Source: a virus (lineage: Duplodnaviria; Caudoviricetes). Taken from it: a stretch of DNA of 64,000 nt. The notes below the pieces were generated by a model, which was given only the letters and a program-made list of their open reading frames with translations, did no database searches and was not told where the DNA came from. How positions within the stretch are numbered: position 1 is the stretch's first letter; every line of letters starts with the position of its first letter. The translations under genes and the position numbers were made by a program. The DNA lies in IMG/VR virus record IMGVR_UViG_3300031576_000039, positions 702-64,701 of that record; one strand, written 5' to 3'. Shown piece after piece: positions 18,297 through 27,315 of this stretch.

Positions 18297-18680
18297 TCAC
18301 GGGTCCAGCCTGACCGTGCACGCCTTGCCGCAGCCCCACCAACCGCAGCACACGACGCCGGTGACCCGCCGACCGTCGCGGTTGGTCGCCGCAAACGACC
18401 GCGAGCGGATGTCGTCGCAGCGGTTGGCAGCGGCTGGGCCGAGCTGGACGTCGCGCAGCTCCGCGCCCCTGAGCACCGCCCTGGCGTCGTCCTCGCCGAG
18501 GCTAGGACCCACGAAAAAGAGCCAGCCGAGCAGGGCGAGGCCGACGAGGACGAGCGCCCCGATCGCCAGGGCGGTGGCGAGGTAGGCTGCCGCACGCCAG
18601 GGACCCCGCCGGTGCGGGAGACAGTTGAGATCCTCCGCACTTGGAGGATCAGTGGACCTGCTTGCTGGCTTCCTCGTCAC
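18297..18680 (-). CDS. Membrane-anchored small Cys-rich protein
   Basis: TM segment followed by FAATN.DG.RVTGVVCCGW...KACTVR. Confidence 0.6.
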   Translation of the reverse strand: MTRKPASRSTDPPSAEDLNCLPHRRGPWRAAAYLATALAIGALVLVGLALLGWLFFVGPSLGEDDARAVLRGAELRDVQLGPAAANRCDDIRSRSFAATNRDGRRVTGVVCCGWWGCGKACTVRLDP

Positions 18681-19506
18681 GACCGTTGCCTTGATCCTCC
18701 CGCGGCTCCGCGACGAGGCCGCGGTCGCGCGCCAGCTGGAGCACGTAGTGCGCGTGCTCGATGTCCCGGGCCGCCTCCTCGAGCGTGGCGGGCTCGACGC
18801 GCACGCCGATCACGTCCGTCGGCGAGCCGACGCGCAGGCGCTCCAGTTGCATCGCGAGGTGGCCGGCCTGGTTGGCCTCCCTCACGACCCTGCCCATGAC
18901 CTCCATGAACTTGAGCGCCTGGCCGAAGGAGAGGCTGCCCGACTCGGCCTCCTTGGTGATCACGGCGGCCACGTACTTGGCGCGGGTCAGCACCTCCTGC
19001 ACGAAGGCCATGTGGTGCAGCACGGTCTTGCGCGCTCCGCGGCACAGGATCGCCTCGTCGGCGCGCTGCTCCACCGCATCCACGCCGATCTTCTCCAGCA
19101 GTTCGTTGTACTTGCGCTTGGCGCGGACCTCGGCCAGGATGACCTTCTCGCGCGCCTGGTCCTCCGCCTCGCGGATCACCTCGGCGGCGTGGGCGCGCGC
19201 CTCCTCCATCCGCTCCTCCACCGACCGGCTGGCCTCCTCGACGATCCTCCTCGCGTACTCCTCGACGGAGACCTTGCGGTCCTCCAGCTCGCGGTCGAGC
19301 CGGCGGGCGCGCGCCAGGTCCCGCTCGCCGTCGAGCAGCTCGCGGATCGCCGGCCACCCCCGCTCCGGCCAGCCGCGCTCCCACGCCCGCTTCGCCGTGG
19401 CCCGGGACACCCCAGCCGAGGCGCCGATCGCGGAGTAGGCGGAGGGGTCCGGATTGTCCCGGTACGCCTCGAGCAGCCGCTGGTAGTCCTCCTCGTGGAT
19501 TCTCAT
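18649..19506 (-). CDS. HTH plus coiled-coil protein; candidate terminase small subunit
   Basis: AIGASAGVSRATAKRAW HTH; long coiled coil; upstream of terL. Confidence 0.55.
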   Translation of the reverse strand: MRIHEEDYQRLLEAYRDNPDPSAYSAIGASAGVSRATAKRAWERGWPERGWPAIRELLDGERDLARARRLDRELEDRKVSVEEYARRIVEEASRSVEERMEEARAHAAEVIREAEDQAREKVILAEVRAKRKYNELLEKIGVDAVEQRADEAILCRGARKTVLHHMAFVQEVLTRAKYVAAVITKEAESGSLSFGQALKFMEVMGRVVREANQAGHLAMQLERLRVGSPTDVIGVRVEPATLEEAARDIEHAHYVLQLARDRGLVAEPREDQGNGRDEEASKQVH

Positions 19507-19566
19507 AGTTGGGTGAGAGCATCGTGCAGGATGGTCCGAGACCTCAGGGCCGCTCGCGCCCCGAGC

Positions 19567-19815
19567 CTAGCACGGGACTGGCGCACGCGAGGTCGAGAAG
19601 ACCGAGGGCGCTAGTCGAGCCTCGGTGTCCGCGACGAACAGGGCAGCGCGCCGCACGCGGTGGTCGAGGCAGGCACGGAGCAGCCGCACGAACAGTTCCT
19701 CCAGTTCCTCCAGCGACAGGCAAGAGTGGTAGGAGCTGACCTCCCGCAGCGGTCCCCACGCGACGTAGAGGTCGGGACGCGCAGTCCACTGGCGACCCAC
19801 CTTCAAGCCGTCCAA
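19567..19815 (-). CDS. Hypothetical protein
   Basis: TTG-start ORF; frame uncertain. Confidence 0.3.
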   Translation of the reverse strand: MDGLKVGRQWTARPDLYVAWGPLREVSSYHSCLSLEELEELFVRLLRACLDHRVRRAALFVADTEARLAPSVFSTSRAPVPC

Positions 19816-19839
19816 CGCCGTGGTGGGTGCGCGCGCGCG

Positions 19840-20736
19840 TCACCCGGGGACCGGGCCGATCACCAGCCCCGACGAGCCGGCGGTACCTGCCGTCCCGATG
19901 CCGTTGCCCGTCCCCCCCGCCCCGCCGGTGACGTCGGTCGTTCCGCTGCCAGTGTAGCTCTCGGTGACGATGCAGATCAGGCCGCCCTGGCCGCCCCCGC
20001 CACCAGCCGAATCGGAGTTGACCGCGTTGGCCCCGTTGCCCCCCTTGCTCTGGATCGTCCCGTTGTTCACGATGCGGCTGGCGATCACGAGGTTGGGCGG
20101 ACACCCCGAGCCACCGCCCCCGCCGACCTGCGTGCCGTTACCCGCCCCGCCGCCGCCGCCGCCGCCGGATCGGACGAAGTCGAGGCCGGGGATGCCGTTG
20201 CCGACGAAGGCCATCTGCCGCATGGCGACGCTGTCCCGGATGTCGCCGGAGTCGGCCGCGCGCACGGTCGCGCCGCCACCGGCACCACCGTTGCGCGCGC
20301 CCGAGCTACCACCCGCACCTCCGGTCCCGGTGTACCCGAACGGGACTGGAGACACGATGGAGCCACCGCCTCCGTTGCCGGTGGCGGAGTTGCCCCCGTT
20401 CGCCGCGCTGTCGATGGGCCTGGCCACCGACGGGGCACTGGCCCCTGAGGACGCGGTAGCGTCGGTGCCGTTGCGCCGGTAGGTGCCGCCGGCATCGATG
20501 GTCAGCGTGCCCTTGACGAAGGCTATGTACCCGTCGGTGAGCAGGATGCCGCCCGACTGGATCGTCAGGTCGGCGTAGTACATGTTTCGCGTCAGGGTGG
20601 TCGTACCAGACGCGATCACGACGTTGCCGTCCGACCCGTCCCCGTAGATGCCCTTGGCGGCGCCCACGAAGGTGTCGCCGGTCGGCAGTCGCTTGAGGGT
20701 GCCGGCGTCGATGATGAGTGGCGTCTGGACCGCCAT
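19840..20736 (-). CDS. Glycine-rich virion fibre protein
   Basis: YGDGSDG motif and poly-Gly runs typical of phage Gly-rich domains. Confidence 0.7.
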   Translation of the reverse strand: MAVQTPLIIDAGTLKRLPTGDTFVGAAKGIYGDGSDGNVVIASGTTTLTRNMYYADLTIQSGGILLTDGYIAFVKGTLTIDAGGTYRRNGTDATASSGASAPSVARPIDSAANGGNSATGNGGGGSIVSPVPFGYTGTGGAGGSSGARNGGAGGGATVRAADSGDIRDSVAMRQMAFVGNGIPGLDFVRSGGGGGGGAGNGTQVGGGGGSGCPPNLVIASRIVNNGTIQSKGGNGANAVNSDSAGGGGGQGGLICIVTESYTGSGTTDVTGGAGGTGNGIGTAGTAGSSGLVIGPVPG

Positions 20737-20745
20737 CGCGGGCCC

Positions 20746-21087
20746 TCAGGAGAGCCGGGTGAAGGTGCCCGCCGTCGTGTCGAAGTGCCACCGCCCCTTG
20801 GTCGGGTCGACGACGTTGATCCCCCGCTCGGTCGCGAGCGCGTTGACGCAGTTGACTAGCGTCTGGATCGCCGCGCGGGCCAACTGCCTGCCCTGCTCCC
20901 TCCGCTTCTCAGCCTCCTCGACCTGGAGGTCGAGGTCGGCGAGCGCGATCTTGGCTACGCCGACGGCGTGGTCAAGGGCCTGGACCTCTGCGCGGATCTC
21001 CTCGGGCAGCGTCACCTGCTCGGGCCTGATCGGGATCACGTTTTCGCCGTTTGTCTTCATCGCCTTCCTCGCCTTCCTCTTGGCCAT
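20746..21087 (-). CDS. Small coiled-coil protein, possible fibre chaperone
   Basis: Helical; lies between fibre genes. Confidence 0.5.
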   Translation of the reverse strand: MAKRKARKAMKTNGENVIPIRPEQVTLPEEIRAEVQALDHAVGVAKIALADLDLQVEEAEKRREQGRQLARAAIQTLVNCVNALATERGINVVDPTKGRWHFDTTAGTFTRLS

Positions 21088-21126
21088 GCCAGCTGCCCTT
21101 GATCGTTCAGCTACTACGTCACGAGG

Positions 21127-23961
21127 CTAGAGGACGACGCCGTCACCGATCTGGATCGCGATCTTCACCGCGCCGGTGCCTCCGCGCGTGACGATGCCGA
21201 GCTTGATCACGGTCGAACCGGCCGTGGACGGAGCGGTCAGCGTGACCTTGCCCGCGGTCTCCGAGAGGAAGAACTTCTTGCCGACGTCGGCGACGGCGGG
21301 GACGACGTCCCAGACCGCATCGGCGATCGACCGCTCACCGTTGTCGTAGACCGTGATCACGTCGTTGAGCACGACGGCGGCAGCGTTGAAACCGACGACG
21401 TTGACAAGCTCGCCAGCGCCGTTAGCGTCCGCGTTGAACACCTTGGCGGTGCCGGCCGCATCATCGAACACAACCGGGGCGCCGGCCGCGATGGTCTCGC
21501 CCGCCGTCCCGGAGATCTGGGTGTTGGTCGCCGCGGCAGCCGCGTGGTTGTGCAGGATTGTCGTCGACCCATTCGTCAGTTCCGTGAGGTTCGCGGCGGT
21601 GACGGTCGCGGTGGTCGCGACGCCTTCGATCTGGAACCGCGCCGAGGCGTTCTGCGGCAGGTTGATGTTGCCCGTCGAGGTCGTCGCGAGCGTGACGCCG
21701 GCCTGGACCGTGAGCGCGGCGTCTGCGACGGCGAGCCTGGTGGCACCAGCCGTCTGGAGATTGAGCCCGGCGGTGCCGTTGATCGTCAGCGCGCCAGCGG
21801 AGGTCGACCACGTGGCTGCTGCCGCGGACGTGATGGTCAGCGCCCCAGCCGAAGTCGTGAAGCTCGAGGTGGCGTTCGCGCTGAGCGACACTGCACCGGT
21901 GAGCTGGGTCAGCCCGCCGGTGACGGTGGTCGTGATCCCCGAGGCTCCGACCGCGATGGCAGAGGTGTTCGTTGCACCGATGGTGACGGTGCCGTTGGTC
22001 CCCGCCCCAGTCGCTGCACCACCGAGGACTGTCACGCTACCGCCGTTGGCTCCACCGCCACCATTGTTGGCACCAGCCGTCCCGCCTCGCAGAGTGAGAA
22101 GCGCACCCGCTCCTGCGGTCGTCGCCGCCCCACCCGCCCCGCCATCACCGCTCACGATGACGAGTGCCCCGCCGACGGCTCCGCCATTCGTGCTGGCGGC
22201 CCCGGCGCCGCCTGCGGCGCCAGACATTTGGCTGGCAGCCCCAGCGCCAGCAGTGCCGCCCGCCGTCGTGCTCGCCGCTCCTCCGGTTCCACCAGCTAGC
22301 TGGGGCGCCCCGCCCTGTCCCGCCGGCGTGGCGCCACTCGCTGCACCACCGTTACCACCAAGCACGTTCACGGCACCACCCGCACCCGTCCCCACACCGC
22401 CGTTGCCCCCCTTGACCGTGAGGGCACCTCCCTCTGTGGATGCCGTCGTCGACGCGTCGACGACGATCGTGTGGTTCACCTCCTTGAGGAAAGTGATGTT
22501 CCCGACGACGTTGCTCGTGAACGTGATCGTGTCCGTCACGGCGTTGCCGACCTGGACGTTGCCGTTGAAGGTCGCCGCCTCCGACACGGTCAACGCACCA
22601 TTGACCGTTGTCGTCTGGCCTGTCCGACTCACGGACACGGACGTCGCATCCGTCGTCCCGAGGTTCAGCGCCGTCGCTGCGTCAACCGTGAGCGCTCCAG
22701 CCGACGTCTTCCACGTCGCTGCGGCTGCAGAGGTGATCGTCAGCGCACCAGCGGACGTGCTCCAAGTGGAGGCCGCAGCTGCAGTGATCGTCAGGGCACC
22801 GGCCGACGTCGTGAAGCTCGAGGCCGCGTTGGCGGTCAGGGTCACTGACCCAGTGAGTTGACTCAGATTGCCGGTGACTTGCAGGAGGTTGCCCGCGACG
22901 CCGATGAACACAGTGCTCGTCAGCGTTTCACCAATCCGAATGGAACCAGCAGTCCCTGCCCCACTGGCTGCCCCGCCGCGCAGGGTGAGGCCGCCGCCGT
23001 TCGCCCCGCCAGCACCGCCGTCAGTTCCTGCGTTACCACCTTGGATGGTGGTCGATCCACCAGCGCCAGCAACGCCGGTGGCAGTTCCAGCACCGCCGGA
23101 TCCACCGAACCATGAAGCAATACCACCCGCACCAGCTGCCCCTGTACCAGCAGCCGCCGCACCACCAGTTCCAGGACGCAGGGTGGAGGCACCACCAGCC
23201 GCGCCCGCAGTGGCGCCCGAAGCGGCGGAGCCTGTGCCGGAGAGGATCGTCAGCTCGCCACCGGCCGTCGAGACCGTCGTCGAGGCGTCGACGCTCACCG
23301 TGTGGGCCGTCTCCTTCAGGAAGTTGATGTTGCCAGCCACGCGGCCCGTGAACGTGATCGTGTCCGTGGCAGCGTTGCCGAAGGTCGTGTTGCCCTCGAA
23401 GGTGACGTTGCCCTGGAAGGTCGTCGCGCCGACCACCGTCTCCGTCCCGTCCACCTGGAAGTTGCCGAGCACGGTCGTGAGCGCGCCGACCTTGCCGATC
23501 GAGATCGCGGAGGCGTTGACGGTGCCGATGCTCAGGACCGCAGCGGTCGATCTGTCCACCCCGCCGTCCGCGGAGATCGACGCGGTGAACGTGTTGCTCG
23601 ACCCGCCGAAGGTCGCCGCCCCGGTGGTCGTCTTGAAGACGCCGGACCCGCCGGAGAAGTCCAGGGCGGCCGTACCCGCCGCGAGCAGGGACTTGCCGGT
23701 GGCGAGAGTCGCGTCGCCGAGGAGGCTCACGGCACCCGTCGACGTCTTGAAGACGCCGGACGCCGTCGAGAAGTCGAGAGCGCCCACCCCACCACCGGAC
23801 AGCAGCGTCTTTCCGGACGCGACCGTGACGTTGGTCCCGGCCGGCGTGACCGTCAGGTCGCCGGCGTTGGTCTTGATCCCGGCGCCGATGATCAACGAGT
23901 CAGCATCCTGCTGCTGCTTGTAGGTGCCAGACTGGATGGTTAGTGAGCGGAAGTCAGCCAT
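21127..23961 (-). CDS. Large Gly/Ala/Thr-rich fibre protein, 944 aa, internally duplicated, with a C-terminal capsid-cement-like domain
   Basis: Repeated GNA.TDTITFT..V.GNI.FLKE and TSAGALTIT.AAAATW units. Confidence 0.75.
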   Translation of the reverse strand: MADFRSLTIQSGTYKQQQDADSLIIGAGIKTNAGDLTVTPAGTNVTVASGKTLLSGGGVGALDFSTASGVFKTSTGAVSLLGDATLATGKSLLAAGTAALDFSGGSGVFKTTTGAATFGGSSNTFTASISADGGVDRSTAAVLSIGTVNASAISIGKVGALTTVLGNFQVDGTETVVGATTFQGNVTFEGNTTFGNAATDTITFTGRVAGNINFLKETAHTVSVDASTTVSTAGGELTILSGTGSAASGATAGAAGGASTLRPGTGGAAAAGTGAAGAGGIASWFGGSGGAGTATGVAGAGGSTTIQGGNAGTDGGAGGANGGGLTLRGGAASGAGTAGSIRIGETLTSTVFIGVAGNLLQVTGNLSQLTGSVTLTANAASSFTTSAGALTITAAAASTWSTSAGALTITSAAAATWKTSAGALTVDAATALNLGTTDATSVSVSRTGQTTTVNGALTVSEAATFNGNVQVGNAVTDTITFTSNVVGNITFLKEVNHTIVVDASTTASTEGGALTVKGGNGGVGTGAGGAVNVLGGNGGAASGATPAGQGGAPQLAGGTGGAASTTAGGTAGAGAASQMSGAAGGAGAASTNGGAVGGALVIVSGDGGAGGAATTAGAGALLTLRGGTAGANNGGGGANGGSVTVLGGAATGAGTNGTVTIGATNTSAIAVGASGITTTVTGGLTQLTGAVSLSANATSSFTTSAGALTITSAAAATWSTSAGALTINGTAGLNLQTAGATRLAVADAALTVQAGVTLATTSTGNINLPQNASARFQIEGVATTATVTAANLTELTNGSTTILHNHAAAAATNTQISGTAGETIAAGAPVVFDDAAGTAKVFNADANGAGELVNVVGFNAAAVVLNDVITVYDNGERSIADAVWDVVPAVADVGKKFFLSETAGKVTLTAPSTAGSTVIKLGIVTRGGTGAVKIAIQIGDGVVL

Positions 23962-24001
23962 GGTCTATCTCCGTTGCTGGCGGGTGGTTGTGCAGGATCG
24001 G

Positions 24002-24226
24002 TCACGGGATCTTCTGGAACCTCGGGTCGGCTTCCATGCAGCGGAGTGCCCTCGGATCGGTCACGTCGTGGCCGATGGGGGTTCCCGGCACGAACTCGGT
24101 GGCCGGCGGGACGGGGGCCAGGACCATGACGGTGCCGTCCTTGCACCGGCACCTGATCTGGAGCGTCCTGCCCATGACCAGCACGGCCGGGTTCTGAGGC
24201 TCCCCCAGGTAGATGAACCTCGCCAT
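24002..24226 (-). CDS. Small virion-region protein, 74 aa
   Basis: AAGGAGG RBS. Confidence 0.55.
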   Translation of the reverse strand: MARFIYLGEPQNPAVLVMGRTLQIRCRCKDGTVMVLAPVPPATEFVPGTPIGHDVTDPRALRCMEADPRFQKIP

Positions 24227-24244
24227 GTCCGTCCTCCTTGCTGC

Positions 24245-25090
24245 TCAGAGAATCGTGAAGTCGCGGTCGATGACGACCGCCAAGGTGGTAGCGTTGCGCG
24301 CGAACCCTAATTCCTGTACCACGGAACCGAGCGCCGTTGGGAAGTCGCCGTCGCCTACCCTCGCGATGCCACCGGGCGTGGTCGCCGAGTAGTAGGTCGA
24401 TCCCAACGTGAGGCCCGAGAACCCGCCCAGTTCACCCGCGTAGCGCACGGTGCAGGTGGTCGCCGATGGCTTGGTGACGACGAAGCCGATCGCCGGGAAC
24501 TTCGCCGGGTCGTCCGCGTCGGCCTTGTCGACGGCGTCGGCCGCTGACAGGTAGACGACGTCGCGCACTGCCACGGTGGCCGGGCAGGAGTATAAGCTCG
24601 CGCTGTCGACAGCGACCCCGCTGCCGCCTCCACCTCCCCCACCGACCGTCCAGGACAGGATCCCCGCCCCGTTGGTCGTCAGCACGTCGCTGGGGGCGCC
24701 GTCGGTCGCCGGCAGTGTCCAGATGACGTTGGCTGGGATGTTCGCCGGGGCCCGGAACGCGACGAAGTCGCTGCCGTTGGGCGTCATCTCGAACAGCTCG
24801 AGCGCGCTGGGGATCGTCGAACCCGGCGTCACGCCGATCCCCGGAGGCGCTCCGAGAACGACCGACCCGGCCGCCATGTTGGAGAGCGCGAGGGACAGCT
24901 CGGACTCGAGGCCAGGATAGATATCAAAGGTGGTGACGACGGTCCTCACGCCACCGAGGTTGCTGATGACCTCGTCGACCGAGCCGATCACGGGGATCTG
25001 TCCGCCCCCCGGAACCACCCCCTTGTACGGGTGGGGCAGCGCCACCGGGTTGGCGGTGACGTTCTGGATCACGGTGACGGGCGTAGCCAC
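24245..25090 (-). CDS. Virion protein: shared N-module, fibre repeat, and C-terminal cement-like domain
   Basis: WTLPATDG.P..VLTTNGAGILSW repeat; DVVYL...KADA...AIGFV domain; TGgTAGCGT promoter upstream. Confidence 0.7.
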   Translation of the reverse strand: MATPVTVIQNVTANPVALPHPYKGVVPGGGQIPVIGSVDEVISNLGGVRTVVTTFDIYPGLESELSLALSNMAAGSVVLGAPPGIGVTPGSTIPSALELFEMTPNGSDFVAFRAPANIPANVIWTLPATDGAPSDVLTTNGAGILSWTVGGGGGGGSGVAVDSASLYSCPATVAVRDVVYLSAADAVDKADADDPAKFPAIGFVVTKPSATTCTVRYAGELGGFSGLTLGSTYYSATTPGGIARVGDGDFPTALGSVVQELGFARNATTLAVVIDRDFTIL

Positions 25091-25129
25091 AGCGTTCCCT
25101 CTGAAGGAAACGCTACCACGCGACCCCGC

Positions 25130-25498
25130 CTAGGAGCGAGACAACGGCGTGACCGCCAGCTCGGATGGTGGAGGCTCCGCGCCGAGGCCGGTCAGATCGA
25201 CAACTCGACCTCCAGCCGCCGCGGTGGCGAGCATCTCGCGCCGCATACCACTTGAGATCCTTCCTCCGACCAGTACGATCCCGTCGCACCGCGCGGCCAT
25301 CGCCTCGTCGTCTCGCAGGCCCCTCTCGCGCTGCTGCGCATCCGCATCGGGGAGGACCTCCACGTACGGGATCCACGGGCAGCAGAACGCGCGGAGCGGT
25401 TCCTGATCGATGAGCCAGCGCAGCCACCGCCGGGCGCGCGCGACGTTGCCCGCGACGTCTCCGACGACCGGGTGGGCCACGTACCACACCTCCGTCAC
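25130..25498 (-). CDS. DUF4406-like protein (nucleoside 2-deoxyribosyltransferase fold)
   Basis: YVAHP..GD...N...A...CD.IVL.G.RISSGMRRE. Confidence 0.7.
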   Translation of the reverse strand: MTEVWYVAHPVVGDVAGNVARARRWLRWLIDQEPLRAFCCPWIPYVEVLPDADAQQRERGLRDDEAMAARCDGIVLVGGRISSGMRREMLATAAAGGRVVDLTGLGAEPPPSELAVTPLSRS

Positions 25499-26148
25499 AG
25501 CATCACCTCCAACCCACCCCCCTGCGCGCCGCCGAGACTGGACCAGCCACCGGAGCCGCGCCACAGTTCAACGAAGGCGCGGGGATCCTCCCCCCAGTAG
25601 ATCAGGACGGAGGGGAACGGGGCAGGCGCGTCGGCGCCTAGGAACCGGATCCTGCCCGGCCAGAAGTACACGGCGCCGGCGTGAGAGATGGCCTCGCGGA
25701 ACCACGCCGTGTCCGTGCGCGCGGCGACCAGCAGCACGAGCTGGTCGAGCCCGCGCATGCGCTGCCCCTCCACAGACGCCTTGCGCGCCCACGCGGCGAC
25801 GCCTCGCCCGTACGGAGGGTTGGCGAAGGCCAGCCCGTGCCCGGCCCACGGCTCGCGCAGCCCGTCCATCGCTCCGCACAGTTGCTCGCGCGGGAACCCG
25901 TCGAGGTCGGTGCCGTTGTGGTAGCCGACGGTCGGTCCGAACCACTCCTCGCACGCGAGCACGTGGCCGAGCTGGGAGGCGCAGGGGTCGAGACCCACCT
26001 GGCCGTCCGGCGCCAGCCTGCGGATCGGCCCGAGCACCTCGGGCGGCGTGCACCAGTCCATCCGCGCGCTCGACAGCAGGACGTCGGCGCGGAACGCGTT
26101 GTCGGCCTTCTCGCGGACACGATCCTCGACTGGGTGCTCCTCAGTCAC
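25495..26148 (-). CDS. dam: Phage DNA N6-adenine methyltransferase (T1/phage Dam family)
   Basis: DWCTP, LDPCAS, ANPPYG, ARTDTAWF motifs. Confidence 0.9.
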   Translation of the reverse strand: MTEEHPVEDRVREKADNAFRADVLLSSARMDWCTPPEVLGPIRRLAPDGQVGLDPCASQLGHVLACEEWFGPTVGYHNGTDLDGFPREQLCGAMDGLREPWAGHGLAFANPPYGRGVAAWARKASVEGQRMRGLDQLVLLVAARTDTAWFREAISHAGAVYFWPGRIRFLGADAPAPFPSVLIYWGEDPRAFVELWRGSGGWSSLGGAQGGGLEVML

Positions 26149-26888
26149 GGCAACCCAACGTGCTTGTGCAACTGCGTCGACAGCCGCCAGCGCGGGTGGC
26201 TCGCCACGAAGTCGACGCAGCGCTCGAGGTGCAGGCGGTAGGCGAGGTGGCCAGAGTCCCGCAGGTCCTCCCGCAGGTTGCCGGCGAGGTGGGAGACCTG
26301 GACGAGCCCGCGGTCGACCGGGTCCTGGGGCTGAACGAAGTAGTGCTCGAACGCCGACCCCTCCGCCATGCCCACCAGGTCCTCGTCTGTCCAGCCCGGG
26401 TCGTGGTGCTGCGCCGCGCCCGGCAGCACGACCTTCAGTTCGCTGCCGCGCTTGACCCGCCACGGTGCGCCGCGCTTGGGGGACACCGTGACCCATCTCA
26501 TCAGCTCGAGCGCCTCCGCGTCGACCGAACCGTTGGTCTCGACCGCGACCAGCCAACCCTCGTCGCGCAGGGCGGAGACCAGCCCGCGGTCGACCTGGAG
26601 CATCGGCTCGCCGCCGGTCAGCACGCACCAGCGCTCGCCCGCCGCGGGCTTGTCCTTCTGCCACGCCACGAGCATGCGCCGCAGGAGAACGTCCTGAGCG
26701 ACGCGCTCGCCATCCGCGAACGAGGAGTCGCACCAGCTCGCGCACGCCCCGGCACCGCGGTCGCGGTGCTCGGGGTGGCCGTCCCACAGGTTGCACCCGC
26801 TGAAGCGGACGAAGACGGCCTTGGTCCCCGCGCGGGCGCCCTCACCCTGGAGGGTGGGGAACACCTCTTTGACAACGTAGGACTTCAC
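26145..26888 (-). CDS. queE: 7-carboxy-7-deazaguanine synthase (radical SAM)
   Basis: EVFPTLQGEG...FVRFSGCNLW, LTGGEPMLQ, ETNG, VSPK, STQLHK. Confidence 0.92.
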   Translation of the reverse strand: MKSYVVKEVFPTLQGEGARAGTKAVFVRFSGCNLWDGHPEHRDRGAGACASWCDSSFADGERVAQDVLLRRMLVAWQKDKPAAGERWCVLTGGEPMLQVDRGLVSALRDEGWLVAVETNGSVDAEALELMRWVTVSPKRGAPWRVKRGSELKVVLPGAAQHHDPGWTDEDLVGMAEGSAFEHYFVQPQDPVDRGLVQVSHLAGNLREDLRDSGHLAYRLHLERCVDFVASHPRWRLSTQLHKHVGLP

Positions 26889-26889
26889 A

Positions 26890-27315
26890 TCACCTGCCTT
26901 GATCGTCCGCCCTGAACTCCGCGTAGCAGTTCGGCGTTTCGTGGCAGCGCACCGCGACCACCTGCACCTCAGGCTCGAGGGCTCGCCGAGCGACCTCGAA
27001 CACGTACGCCGCGAGGTTCTCGGCGCTAGGCGGCACCGGCAGCACGTAGAGCTTCTGCGCGTGCACGCTGAGCCAGTCGATGATCGGGTCCCCCTCCTGC
27101 GCGAGAAACCCGTGGTCCCAGTGCATGTCGAGCCAGCCCCCGACCCGCTCCTTGACCACGGAGAAGTCGATCACCCGTCCTACGTGATCGAGCTGTGAAG
27201 CACGGACGAACACCTCGAAGACGTATCGGTGGCCATGGACGTGAGCGCACTTCCCCTCGTGGTCTATCAACCGGTGCCCGGCGTCGATCTCGAGCCGGCG
27301 GGAGATGGTGGTCAC
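26890..27315 (-). CDS. queD: 6-carboxy-5,6,7,8-tetrahydropterin synthase
   Basis: DAGHRL...GKCAHVHGHRY, IDFS, DH, SAENLA, ETP. Confidence 0.92.
   Translation of the reverse strand: MTTISRRLEIDAGHRLIDHEGKCAHVHGHRYVFEVFVRASQLDHVGRVIDFSVVKERVGGWLDMHWDHGFLAQEGDPIIDWLSVHAQKLYVLPVPPSAENLAAYVFEVARRALEPEVQVVAVRCHETPNCYAEFRADDQGR

Noticed and set aside
19840-25090. Diversity-generating retroelement acting on the fibre genes
   Set aside because: No reverse transcriptase and no adenine-specific TR/VR pair; the repeats are protein-level and diverged
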